DNA from: Candidatus Altiarchaeota archaeon
GTDB lineage: Archaea > Altiarchaeota > Altiarchaeia > IMC4 > SCGC-AAA252-I15
NCBI GenBank assembly: GCA_043800705.1
Contig: JAZDMS010000010.1
Coordinates: 128,001-192,000, forward strand
DNA length: 64,000 nt
Direction: 5' to 3'
Below are positions 8,414-18,006 of the stretch, piece after piece (the first letter of the stretch is position 1; the number at the start of each line of letters is the position of its first letter). The notes beneath the pieces were generated by a model that was not told where the DNA came from, did no database searches, and was given only the letters and a program-made list of their open reading frames with translations. Position numbers and translations under genes: made by a program.

Positions 8414-9355
8414 ATGGGTGTGACCCGGAGAGTCTTGCATCTGGATGTGCGCAGAGTTAATGATGATGGACTATACTCGGTCGAACAGGCGCGCGATATG
8501 CGCCCGCGCAGATCGAGGGGTCTTGGCGCAAGCATCGCATTTGCCGCCGTGGCTGCCGCGGCCCTTGTCTCACAGGCGGGGAAGGCTTTGGGCGACACAG
8601 TTCACCTGAGGGCCGGCAAATCCGTCGATAACGTCGAAGTGTCCTCCTCCGGCGACGGCAGGTTCATAGATGTTCCCGGCGCTACTGCATTGCCCATTGG
8701 TGTCGGCAAGGATTCCATACGGGACGTCGAAATCAAGGAGGTGCAGGCCCCTTCATCGACCGCAGAGGCCAATGACAGGTGGGTCGCGGCGATGAATGCG
8801 GTACGGGAGACGGAGGGGCTGCCGCCGATGACGCGGGGGGAGGCAGCTCGCGAACTGAATGTGAGGCCTCCGACCATAAAGCGGAGCGAGCCGGCGTTGG
8901 GGGATGCGCCTCTGGAGCGGGTACCTCTTTTCAGCTCAAGAAGCTCTGCTCCCCTGGAGCCGGAGGTTTCGTCGCCTGGGGCGCACGATGGGGGCCAATG
9001 GTCGGCGCCCGAATACCTGAAATACGGCGTGTTGGCGGGTGCTGGCGCGCTCCTTTATCTGTTTGGCTTCTCTTCCGGCTGGCGCGCGCATCGCAGGTCC
9101 TCGATTATCCACGATTCCCTCGCCAGTTTCGCCAACTTCCGCCACAACATGGATTCCGTCATGGCGCATGCGGATTCCCTGGAGGAGATGGGCAGGGTCG
9201 ACCTCGCCTTGCCCTGGTGGCGGCGTGTCGCCGTCGACGACGAGCGCAGGGGAAACCGCAAACGGCTTAGGGTCATCGGGGAGAAACTCGTCAAGGCTGG
9301 CTGCAGACAGGAAGGCGCAGGCCTTATAGCGGCATCGGATCTCGGGTCTGAGTGA
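8414..9355 (+). CDS. hypothetical membrane-anchored protein
   Basis: 313-aa ORF with two hydrophobic segments; no family recognised. Confidence 0.6.
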   Translation: MGVTRRVLHLDVRRVNDDGLYSVEQARDMRPRRSRGLGASIAFAAVAAAALVSQAGKALGDTVHLRAGKSVDNVEVSSSGDGRFIDVPGATALPIGVGKDSIRDVEIKEVQAPSSTAEANDRWVAAMNAVRETEGLPPMTRGEAARELNVRPPTIKRSEPALGDAPLERVPLFSSRSSAPLEPEVSSPGAHDGGQWSAPEYLKYGVLAGAGALLYLFGFSSGWRAHRRSSIIHDSLASFANFRHNMDSVMAHADSLEEMGRVDLALPWWRRVAVDDERRGNRKRLRVIGEKLVKAGCRQEGAGLIAASDLGSE

Positions 9356-9391
9356 ACTCGTTTTTTTATCCTGCGGGACAATATTCTGCCT

Positions 9392-11854
9392 ATGGGGAAG
9401 GTCAGCTCTCTGCGGAAGGATCTGCTCACGGTATTCCTCCTCGCAGCCGGCTTCAGGCTGCTTCTGAACATCGCATTCTATGCGGTATGGGGACCCCATT
9501 CGGTCAACCACCTCGAGCTGTGGCTGTATTATGCCGTCGCTGCGGGGATCAACTCCACCGCGCAGGGGGACGCCGACCCGACGACCTGGTTCTTCGGGCT
9601 TATGGGCTCATTCTTCGAAGGCGACGCGTTGTTCTACGCGGTCGGCCTTTCGAGCGTCATCCTCACGTCGATCGCCTCGGTCTTTGTCTGCCTCATCGGA
9701 CGCGAGGTCTACGGCGGGAGGGCGGGACTTTTCAGCGGCCTGATATATGCCTTCCTGAATCAGACCCTCAGCCTCTCCATGGTCGGCTTCACCCACGACC
9801 ACCTGATGATGCCGCTCGCTCTTGCCGTGCTATTCCTTGTGATTTGGGCGCTGAAGGCCAAGGGAATGCTGCGGTGGGCTTATGCCGTATCGGCCTCGGT
9901 CCTCTTCTTTCTTGGGACGAAGATACACGTCGGCATGTACGTCACTCTGGCTGTGGTCGGGATAGTCTTGGCCTCGCGCATAGTCGCAGGGTACCGCAAA
10001 TATGTGCTGTATTTCACTGTCTTGCTGGCTGCTGGGATTCTCCTTGGGGGATCCTGCATATTGCCCCGGGTCGTCGACCTGGAGATCGGAAGGCTTCCGC
10101 AGGGACGCCTCGGCAGCGCAGATGTTGTTCCCGTCTCGGCGTCAGGTTTATGGCTGAAATACAGCCTGCTTCTGGTCTTCATCCCATGGGGTCTGTATGC
10201 GGCATATCGCCGAAGGGAATTTATCGCCATTTCCTATTCGCTGATAGGGTTCGTCTTCGGCCTCGTGATGGAGCGGGGTACGCGGTTTCTGGACATCGGC
10301 GTCGCCTTGCTTGTCGCGTATGCCCTCGTCGAGTGGACTGGAAAGGATAGGCGGCTGATATTGGCCTTGTCTGCGTTGTCTGCGGTGGTGGTTCTCGTCT
10401 TGTCCCTGCCGATCCCTTATCAGGCTTTCTTCATCGTATCGCTCATCGCGCTTGTCTGGATTGTCTGTTATTCCAGGTATGACGCCGCGAAGGTATTGGC
10501 GCTTCTTTGCCTGGTCGGTTGCGTGCTCGCGTCGGCTTCTTTATTCCTGTCAGAGGACCACGTTGTGGCGGAGGCGGAATATTTCCTCTATTCTAACACG
10601 CTCAGGGGCCTTGAGCCCGGCAGCGTCCTCGCCTCCTGGGACCGCGGCTTCATGATAGATGCGCTTTCGGGCATGAGGGCGGTCTCGTCTCCCGCATACA
10701 TCGACTACCTGGCGCATGAGGCGTTGTGGCTGCCGCAGGAGCAGGCGCATCGGCTTCTGAGAAGCCGCGGAGTCGACTATGTGGTCCTGGCAGACAGCCA
10801 ATACAACGAACTCGTCTACAAAGGCGCGCCCTACTATCTCCTCAAGGGGGGCATGGCGCTCACGCCCAAGGACATTCCGCCGATAAGCCTTTCGAACTAC
10901 CTCGCCATCCATGCCCTGAGGTATGGGCAGGCAAATCCGTCGTATTTCACGGCCGTTGCCGTAGCCGACGATCCGGTCGGAGGCAACAGGATTATGGTGT
11001 ATCGCCTCACGGACTCGGGTGGGGATAACGGGACCCTCGTGTCCATAATAGCGGAAAACAACGAGGACAGAACGCTCACCGCGAACGTCGAGCTCGAGGT
11101 CCTGAGGTTTCCTGGCGGAAAGAAGCCGGTGCCGGAATACGGCCCCCCCATGGCATCCCTCCTTGAAGCCGGCGACAATCTTAGGTGCTTCGCACGCACG
11201 TCCGCGGGCATGGGCTTCCTGGGATCGCTGTCCGTGCTTCTTTTCTCCTGGAGGCGCGAACGGAGTATGGTGCGAAGGTATCTTCCTTATTTGGTCGTGC
11301 TGTTGGTCGCCTGCGGCATGGTTTATTCCCTCCTCGGCTCATGCTGCCAGGGCGAACAAACAATTGAGAGAAGCGGATCGGGGATGGAGGTCGTGCACAA
11401 GACATTCCAGGCGGAATTCCCCCCCTCTAAGCTGACGGAGGCCTCGTTCGATGCGGGGGACGTCGGGGACATATACGGCTGCAGCGTCACGATAAACGGG
11501 GGACAGCCCGCCGGATTCGTGGGAAGGGTCGCCTTCATGGCGTTGTGCGACGAAGTGGACGAGGAGGCGAAGATACTACTCGTCGACTCGAACGCGTCGC
11601 AGACGTACGGGAAGATGGCCATCGAGGACGAGCGGACCGTGAAGCTGCGCCTCACGAAGGGGCAGGAGAAACCCGTCGACTACGCCTTCCAGAGGAAAAA
11701 CCCCGGCCACGTATACGCCGTCGGATTCGGGAAATCCCAGTGCGTCGCAGCGGTCGCGGAAGGCTCGGTCGAGCCGAGGCCGTCGGGGGTGGAGCTCAGG
11801 CACGCGTTCTGCGGCAGGGCAACCGATCTTCGCGACTACGAACGCATAACCTGA
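9392..11854 (+). CDS. STT3/AglB-like GT-C membrane protein (divergent oligosaccharyltransferase paralog)
   Basis: Multi-TM N-terminus with DADP and GFTHDH; VLASWDRGF in the position of WWDYG; RGVDYVV. Confidence 0.7.
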   Translation: MGKVSSLRKDLLTVFLLAAGFRLLLNIAFYAVWGPHSVNHLELWLYYAVAAGINSTAQGDADPTTWFFGLMGSFFEGDALFYAVGLSSVILTSIASVFVCLIGREVYGGRAGLFSGLIYAFLNQTLSLSMVGFTHDHLMMPLALAVLFLVIWALKAKGMLRWAYAVSASVLFFLGTKIHVGMYVTLAVVGIVLASRIVAGYRKYVLYFTVLLAAGILLGGSCILPRVVDLEIGRLPQGRLGSADVVPVSASGLWLKYSLLLVFIPWGLYAAYRRREFIAISYSLIGFVFGLVMERGTRFLDIGVALLVAYALVEWTGKDRRLILALSALSAVVVLVLSLPIPYQAFFIVSLIALVWIVCYSRYDAAKVLALLCLVGCVLASASLFLSEDHVVAEAEYFLYSNTLRGLEPGSVLASWDRGFMIDALSGMRAVSSPAYIDYLAHEALWLPQEQAHRLLRSRGVDYVVLADSQYNELVYKGAPYYLLKGGMALTPKDIPPISLSNYLAIHALRYGQANPSYFTAVAVADDPVGGNRIMVYRLTDSGGDNGTLVSIIAENNEDRTLTANVELEVLRFPGGKKPVPEYGPPMASLLEAGDNLRCFARTSAGMGFLGSLSVLLFSWRRERSMVRRYLPYLVVLLVACGMVYSLLGSCCQGEQTIERSGSGMEVVHKTFQAEFPPSKLTEASFDAGDVGDIYGCSVTINGGQPAGFVGRVAFMALCDEVDEEAKILLVDSNASQTYGKMAIEDERTVKLRLTKGQEKPVDYAFQRKNPGHVYAVGFGKSQCVAAVAEGSVEPRPSGVELRHAFCGRATDLRDYERIT

Positions 11855-11890
11855 CTGCGGCTTTTAAACCTGTGGGGGTGAATTAATACC

Positions 11891-12412
11891 ATGGAATACG
11901 GATACGCCGACAAGTCCGCGAACCTGCAGCGCTTCCAGAACGTCCAGATGCTCGCCCTCTCCGCATTGGGCTTCCTCATCCCGTTCACCGTCGGACACCC
12001 CCAGTTGATCGTGGGCGTCCTCGTGAATGCGTTCATCATCAGGGCTGCGATGAGCCTCCCACGGGAGAAGGCCCTGCCAGTCGTCTTCACCCCGACATTG
12101 GGCGTACTCGCGCGAGGCCTCCTGTTCGGCCCCTTCACGGCGTACGTCATCTTCATGCTGCCTTTCATCTGGGTCGGCAACTACATACTGTTGTGGGCCT
12201 TCAGCCAGCGAACCCATTATACTGTTACCCTAATCATGTCGTCGGCTGCCAAGGCCGGATTCCTCTACGGGGCAGCGTACCTCCTCTTCTCACAGGGCAT
12301 AGTCCCCGAGATATTCCTCACGTCGATGGGGATATTCCAGTATGCGACGGCGTTAGCGGGCGGTATCCTCGCATACGGGGAGTTGGAGGCTGAGAAGCGC
12401 CTTTTTAGGTAA
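11891..12412 (+). CDS. small polytopic membrane protein, ECF S-component-like
   Basis: PQLIVGVLVNA, LPFIWVGN, QYATALAGG; 5-6 TM. Confidence 0.55.
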   Translation: MEYGYADKSANLQRFQNVQMLALSALGFLIPFTVGHPQLIVGVLVNAFIIRAAMSLPREKALPVVFTPTLGVLARGLLFGPFTAYVIFMLPFIWVGNYILLWAFSQRTHYTVTLIMSSAAKAGFLYGAAYLLFSQGIVPEIFLTSMGIFQYATALAGGILAYGELEAEKRLFR

Positions 12413-12535
12413 GCTCGTCGTTTATCTTGGGTGCCTTTGTTTTGGCGGTTTTCCCTGCATTAATCTGGTAACCTTCTGGGCGGATGATGTGCACCACCAA
12501 TGCGATGGATAACTTGAACCGCAGACTGCGAAAAG

Positions 12536-14074
12536 TCACGAAGACGAAGGGCGTGTTTCCAAGTGAGCAGGAGCCCTTTCGTCGGATGCCTTCGTCGACT
12601 TCGGGTTCTCATAGAGAAACACACCCGCCCTGATAAAACTCTTGTTTTCGATGAGCTTCAATTCGGCGCCAAAACGAGATATGACCGTTTTATCTGGTAT
12701 TCTGTGGGCATAGATTAGCCATACGTATCGTGGGTTCTTGTCTGCTATCGCCTTGCTGAGCTTTTGCATGTCCTCCCCGCAGGACTTCACATCCACCCTC
12801 TTTTGTGAGCCCCTCTTCTGGAAGTAATGGTCGAAATAGAACTTATCCCAAGAGCAGCCTACCACAAACGAGTCACCGTATACGGCGTCTCTATCAGCTA
12901 GGTAATAAGCGGCTTCGCGGAATTGCGCCTTTATCGGCCGGCTGTAGTAAGCTTGGTCGGATATGAGGTTGAAGAGGAATGCGGTTACCACAATAATCGC
13001 AACGATTGCCTGGGATGTGTTGCTTATCGGCAGTTTCGTTATTGCGCGAGCTAGCAGCAGGTATGCGGCTGGTAGTATGATGATAAGGTTGCCATAATGG
13101 CTAAGAGATGGGTTCTCCAATCTGGACTTCAAATAGACTTGGGAAAATGGTATGATAAGCCATAGGATGACCAGCATATCCGGTGACATGAGTAGCTTTC
13201 GCACATTAAGGTGTGCTTTCGACTTGTATGCTCCGTATATTATGCGGGAGATAAGAAGGAGGTACAATGCCGACACCAGAAGCCATAGATCCGGTGACTT
13301 GTTGAAGAAAATCTGAAGGAAGATTTCAAGTCTTAATTTCTCAAGGGGCGTTGAATAGATTCTCTCAGCATTCAGGTCCGCCATGAACATGGGGATCCAT
13401 GGTATGAACAGGATGATGATCGCAGAGTAGATGAGCAGAATCCTCAGCAGGGCTTTTCGCCGCATAAGAAAAAAAATCACAGTACACGCTCCCTGCGATG
13501 AAACCAGGATGCCTCCGTAATAGTGGGTATACCCTGATGCGGCGGCTGCCAGAATGTACCCGACCGCTTCTGGCATCCGGATCTTGGAGTCTGCATCAAG
13601 GCTCTTCAGAATCGGCAGCCAAAGATACGTCGTCAGTATGCTTAAAAGGAGCAGGATAGAATAAGACCTTGCCTCCTGGCTATAATATACTGGGAACCAC
13701 AGGAACGCCACCAACGCGGACGCTATGAGTCCTTCCCTGTGCGAGAAAAGACGAGACCCCAGAAGGAATATGGCCGGTATCGACAGGATGCCGGCAATTG
13801 CCGAGGGAAGCCTTAAAGCAGCCTCAGAGTCGCCGATGAATTTCAGGGCAAAGTGCATGAATAACACGTAACCTGGCGGATGGTATGTGTTTCGGACTGA
13901 CCCGATTACCTGGGATAACGTCCGGGGGCTGCTTTCATACAAGGTCCCGAGCTCGTCGTTCGAAAGCGACTGAGTCTCAAGGCCGTAAAGCCTTAAAACC
14001 GCTCCGAGGACGGTTATTAAAATTAGAAGCGCCAAGACGTTTTTTGGGTAAGCCCCCATCTTATCTTCCCCCAT
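12536..14074 (-). CDS. GT-C glycosyltransferase (GT39/PMT_2-like)
   Basis: LRLYGL..SLSNDE, HPPGY, LRLPS, YYSQEARSY, YTHY. Confidence 0.85.
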   Translation of the reverse strand: MGEDKMGAYPKNVLALLILITVLGAVLRLYGLETQSLSNDELGTLYESSPRTLSQVIGSVRNTYHPPGYVLFMHFALKFIGDSEAALRLPSAIAGILSIPAIFLLGSRLFSHREGLIASALVAFLWFPVYYSQEARSYSILLLLSILTTYLWLPILKSLDADSKIRMPEAVGYILAAAASGYTHYYGGILVSSQGACTVIFFLMRRKALLRILLIYSAIIILFIPWIPMFMADLNAERIYSTPLEKLRLEIFLQIFFNKSPDLWLLVSALYLLLISRIIYGAYKSKAHLNVRKLLMSPDMLVILWLIIPFSQVYLKSRLENPSLSHYGNLIIILPAAYLLLARAITKLPISNTSQAIVAIIVVTAFLFNLISDQAYYSRPIKAQFREAAYYLADRDAVYGDSFVVGCSWDKFYFDHYFQKRGSQKRVDVKSCGEDMQKLSKAIADKNPRYVWLIYAHRIPDKTVISRFGAELKLIENKSFIRAGVFLYENPKSTKASDERAPAHLETRPSSS

Positions 14075-14083
14075 TCCGTTGGA

Positions 14084-14209
14084 TCATATCCTGGCTATCT
14101 TCTGCAGATGGATGCGTATTTTCCTAAGCTCACTCAGGAATAGGATACCCACGATAAGCAGAAGGACTTGGCTCAGCATCACAGCGTCCGCAGTCGACAT
14201 ATCCCACAT
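14084..14209 (-). CDS. small single-TM protein (not in ORF track)
   Basis: MWDMSTADAVMLSQVLLLIVGILFLSELRKIRIHLQKIARI*; TTTAAA upstream; ends 10 nt before the GT39-like start. Confidence 0.5.
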   Translation of the reverse strand: MWDMSTADAVMLSQVLLLIVGILFLSELRKIRIHLQKIARI

Positions 14210-14413
14210 GGGATAGATCTCTGAATGATGGTTTAAATAGTTAACGTTGACATGGACGTCCACCTCCCGTGCAGAGGCTGACCCAAGCGCAACTGCAAAC
14301 GGATTATGTTCGACTCCAGAAAGAGGCTATGAGGATGCATCGGCGGGAAGCGGATTTTTTTAGGGGAGCTGACTTTCTGAAGAGGATGCGGAATACCCGC
14401 GGCTGCTACAGGT

Positions 14414-15175
14414 TCATAGCAGCCTCAATGCCCTTTGGAATACCGATAGGCCAATACGCGACGACACGAGAAGAAATATTCTATTCATGCCAGAGATATT
14501 TAAACACGTGTGATTTTCTATAATCCACCTGTCAAAGAAATTATTCATCGCAATCATGTGATCCCTTGAAAAACCAGTTTCGGCATAATTTCTGGGTTTA
14601 GAGACCACAACTTCGTTCACCTGCAAACCGTGCTTTCTGGCTTCGAGAATCATCTCCAAGTCGATTTCAAAACCCTCTTCTTTGAGCCTTACTTTACTGA
14701 GGTACTCTCTCGTCATGGCTCTGAAGCCGCAATTTGTGTCTGATAGCCGGTATCCTGTCGCGGCTTTCATGAAAAAACACGTGAAGTTATTCATTATTTC
14801 GCGGCTTTTAGACCTCGCCCACTTGTTTTTTTTGAACCGTGTACCGACTACTAAGTCCGCACTTCCATTTTTTAGTTCACTCAAGAACCGCGGGACATCT
14901 TTCGGATCATGTTCTTCATCCCCGTCCAATGTGACCACTAGCTCTGCGCCGTCTTGTAGCGCTTTCTCCAAACCTTTTCTAACGGAATAGCCCTTTCCCT
15001 TGTTTTCAGCGTTTAATAGGACGATTGCACCCCCTTTTCTGGCGTTTTCTGCCGTGTTATCGCATGAGCCGTCGTCTACGACTATAACCTCGTCAACATA
15101 GTTCTTAGTCTCCCTTGCGATGTTGAGGATGGTGTTTTCTTCATTGACAACGGGGATGACTGCAACAGTCTTCAT
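14414..15175 (-). CDS. GT2 glycosyltransferase (DPM1-like)
   Basis: VIPVVNEE, VVDDGSCD, NKGKG, LDGDEEHDP, DTNCGFRA. Confidence 0.9.
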   Translation of the reverse strand: MKTVAVIPVVNEENTILNIARETKNYVDEVIVVDDGSCDNTAENARKGGAIVLLNAENKGKGYSVRKGLEKALQDGAELVVTLDGDEEHDPKDVPRFLSELKNGSADLVVGTRFKKNKWARSKSREIMNNFTCFFMKAATGYRLSDTNCGFRAMTREYLSKVRLKEEGFEIDLEMILEARKHGLQVNEVVVSKPRNYAETGFSRDHMIAMNNFFDRWIIENHTCLNISGMNRIFLLVSSRIGLSVFQRALRLL

Positions 15176-15176
15176 C

Positions 15177-16565
15177 TTAGCTTTTTTGAAAAAACAACCT
15201 CCGCCATAAGTCAACGGTAGCCTTCGTGAAATCCACCAGCCTCTTCTTTGATTTAACGTGTTTGATCGACTTTACGATGATTGACGGACGCACGTAAAAT
15301 CGCCTGAACGCGGTATTATAGAGCAATTCAAGCTCCCCGGCGTTTATTTCAGTGAATTTTTCATTTAATTTTGTCTTGAACTTCCCATACTCCAGCACGT
15401 GCCGTAATGATATTTCCCCCTCTTTCTCGAGTTTGTCATAAATCTTGGTTCCTGGAAGGGGGATGAACACGTCGAATGAGGCATAGTCTGGGTCTAACTT
15501 AATGGCGAAGTCTATGGTGTTCTGGACGTCCTTGGCATTTTCCCCGGGATTCCCGATCATAAAGTGTGCGAGAGACTCTATGCCGAGTTTGTTGCATAAC
15601 CCGAATGTTTTTTCAATTCCTCGTATCGTGGTTTTCTTGCCAAGCATCTTGAGAGTCTTCTGGCTGCTTGATTCTACGCCGAATTTTATGAGATGGCATC
15701 CGGATTTTTTCATTAATGCAAGCGTTTTCTCGTCAAGAGTGTCAACGCGGGAATTGCACATCCATGAATAGTCCATCTTTTGGGCAATCATGCCTTTGCA
15801 TATCTCCTGCACGTACCCTCTGTCGAAAGTGATGTTCTCATCCCTGAAAAAGATTTCACGATACGTTCCCCTCAACGAATTAAGCTCTTTTATCACGTTC
15901 TCGACAGACCTTTTCCTGAATCTCCCCCCGTAGAATGCGGGGGAAGTGCAGAAGTCGCACGAAAACGAGCATCCGCGCGTGGCAATAAATGTCGTGAAGG
16001 GATTGTGTACGGCGAACGGGTTGGCGTATTTCCCCGCGAAGAGTTCTCTGGCCGGGAAGGGGAGTGAGTCCAAGTCTTCTACGTGCACTTTTTCCATGAT
16101 GTGCCCTCTCGTGCAGACTCCGGGGGCTTCAGAGGCATCTTGAGAGACCACCTGATCCAGCACGGCTTCAGCGTCCCCTCTTATCGCATAGTCGACTGTT
16201 TTTTCTGAAATAGTCTCCTTTGGAAGCACCGTTGGTTGCACTCCGCAGACTATCGTCTTCACATCAATCCGTTCCCTGATTTTTTTCAGGAAGTCCACGT
16301 CGTCTAAAAAAGAGGTTGTCGCTGATTCAATGACCAGATAATCCGGATCTAACAGAACTACCCTTTCTACGGCTTCCTTGAAGGATAATGAACTGGCTTG
16401 ACAATCCAGAATTTTCACGTGATTGCGCGGCATCAGGACGGCGGCATAATACGCCAGATTGAGCGGCGGCCAAAGGTACTGGACTTTCCTCTCATGCCAG
16501 CAGCCGTAGGATACGTCCCGTATGGTGTTACCCGGCGGGACAACCAAGCAGACGTCCATATGCAT
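15177..16565 (-). CDS. cobalamin-binding radical SAM protein
   Basis: N-terminal B12 domain (WPPLNLAY), TRGCSFSCDFC, GVES, FMIGNPGE. Confidence 0.9.
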   Translation of the reverse strand: MHMDVCLVVPPGNTIRDVSYGCWHERKVQYLWPPLNLAYYAAVLMPRNHVKILDCQASSLSFKEAVERVVLLDPDYLVIESATTSFLDDVDFLKKIRERIDVKTIVCGVQPTVLPKETISEKTVDYAIRGDAEAVLDQVVSQDASEAPGVCTRGHIMEKVHVEDLDSLPFPARELFAGKYANPFAVHNPFTTFIATRGCSFSCDFCTSPAFYGGRFRKRSVENVIKELNSLRGTYREIFFRDENITFDRGYVQEICKGMIAQKMDYSWMCNSRVDTLDEKTLALMKKSGCHLIKFGVESSSQKTLKMLGKKTTIRGIEKTFGLCNKLGIESLAHFMIGNPGENAKDVQNTIDFAIKLDPDYASFDVFIPLPGTKIYDKLEKEGEISLRHVLEYGKFKTKLNEKFTEINAGELELLYNTAFRRFYVRPSIIVKSIKHVKSKKRLVDFTKATVDLWRRLFFQKS

Positions 16566-16624
16566 GAAGATATGGCGTCATTAATAATAAAAGAAAATCA
16601 CTTAATCTACATAGTGGAACTAGG

Positions 16625-17989
16625 ATGAACGTCTTGCTTTTGAATTTGCCGTATCAGGATAAGTATATGATTGAGGGCAGGTGCCAGCAGAAGGCGTCAA
16701 CGTATTCGGATAGTCTGCTGCCGCCGATAACCCTCGCATACATTGCTTCGTTGCTTGACGGAAAAGCCGACGTTTCTGTGATAGATTGCATCGCGGAGTC
16801 GATGAATCTAGAGGGGCTTAAGAACGAGATTTTGAATCTCAAGCCAGATTACCTGATTGCCAACGTTACTACTCCGACAATCGAATTCGACTTGGATTCA
16901 CTGAGCGAGATTAAGGGGGTTTTTCCCCGTGTGAAAACCGCCGTCATGGGGATTCACGCAACCTATTTCGCGGAAGAGCTTGCCGCACACCCTGCGATAG
17001 ACTATGTGATACGCGGTGAGCCGGATTTGACGGCATATGAACTGCCTTTGAAAGACCCGCATGAGGTAAAAGGTCTGGTTTTCAAGGAGGGGGGCAGGAT
17101 TATCGAGACTGAAAAGAGGCCTTACCTTGACGTCGGCGAGCTCCCGCACCCTGCCTGGGATAAACTGAAGCTTTCTGCATACAGGCTTCCCATCAAAAAC
17201 AAAAAATACGTGATTGTGATGCCTGGAAGAGGGTGCCCTTATAACTGCTCCTTCTGTGTTGCGCCATATTATTACGGCCAAAAGATGAGAACGCGAAGTG
17301 CCGACTCAGTAATCGGGGAAGTAGAGCATGTGCGCGAAAAATACGGCATAGACGAGTTCTTTTTCTTTGTCGAGACTTTCACGCTAAACAAGGGATTCAT
17401 CATTGAGTTGTGTGATAAACTCGTCGAGAGAAAAATTAAGATATCATGGATGTGCAACAGCCGCGTGGATAAGCTGGACCAGGAAATGCTCCAGAAAATG
17501 AAAGCATCAGGGTGCTGGTTGATGTCATTCGGGATTGAGAGCGCCAACCAGGGGATACTTGATCGGGCAGGGAAGGGCATCACTCCCGAAAAATCAAGGC
17601 AGACCATCCGGCTCGCGAATAGGCTCGGAATTGCGACGTTGGGCCACTTCGTTCTGGGTCTTCCAGGAGAGACGGAAGAGACCATTAAAAAAACCATCGA
17701 GTTCTCGAAAACACTTGAATTGGATTTCGCAGAGTACTACATCGCGGTCCCCTATCCTGGAAGCAGGTTATACGAGGAGTACAAGGGCGCGATAAACGCA
17801 TCTTGGGCCCAATTCGATTACACGAAGAACATCCTCCCTTCGAACCTTGATTTAGAGTGCTATAAAAAGAAGGCGTACAAAAACTTTTACTTAAGGCCCG
17901 TACACATGCTGAAAGTCATTAAAAAACTCGGTTTGCGAAAAAGCGCCCCAAACATGCTCCAAGGAATGAACTTCCTCAAAAGCTGGTAG
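16625..17989 (+). CDS. cobalamin-binding radical SAM protein
   Basis: PPITLAYIAS, GRGCPYNCSFC, GIES, FVLGLPGE; paralog of the divergent neighbour. Confidence 0.9.
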   Translation: MNVLLLNLPYQDKYMIEGRCQQKASTYSDSLLPPITLAYIASLLDGKADVSVIDCIAESMNLEGLKNEILNLKPDYLIANVTTPTIEFDLDSLSEIKGVFPRVKTAVMGIHATYFAEELAAHPAIDYVIRGEPDLTAYELPLKDPHEVKGLVFKEGGRIIETEKRPYLDVGELPHPAWDKLKLSAYRLPIKNKKYVIVMPGRGCPYNCSFCVAPYYYGQKMRTRSADSVIGEVEHVREKYGIDEFFFFVETFTLNKGFIIELCDKLVERKIKISWMCNSRVDKLDQEMLQKMKASGCWLMSFGIESANQGILDRAGKGITPEKSRQTIRLANRLGIATLGHFVLGLPGETEETIKKTIEFSKTLELDFAEYYIAVPYPGSRLYEEYKGAINASWAQFDYTKNILPSNLDLECYKKKAYKNFYLRPVHMLKVIKKLGLRKSAPNMLQGMNFLKSW

Positions 17990-18006
17990 CATACTCTCAT
18001 AGGCCC

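Noticed and set aside
14269-14523. 84-aa plus-strand ORF
   Set aside because: Overlaps the GT2 3' end in antisense and has no recognisable features
15177-17989. Radical SAM genes beside hydA as HydE/HydG maturases
   Set aside because: Both have N-terminal cobalamin-binding domains unlike BioB/ThiH-type HydE/HydG, have lower GC than hyd, and are linked to glycosyltransferases
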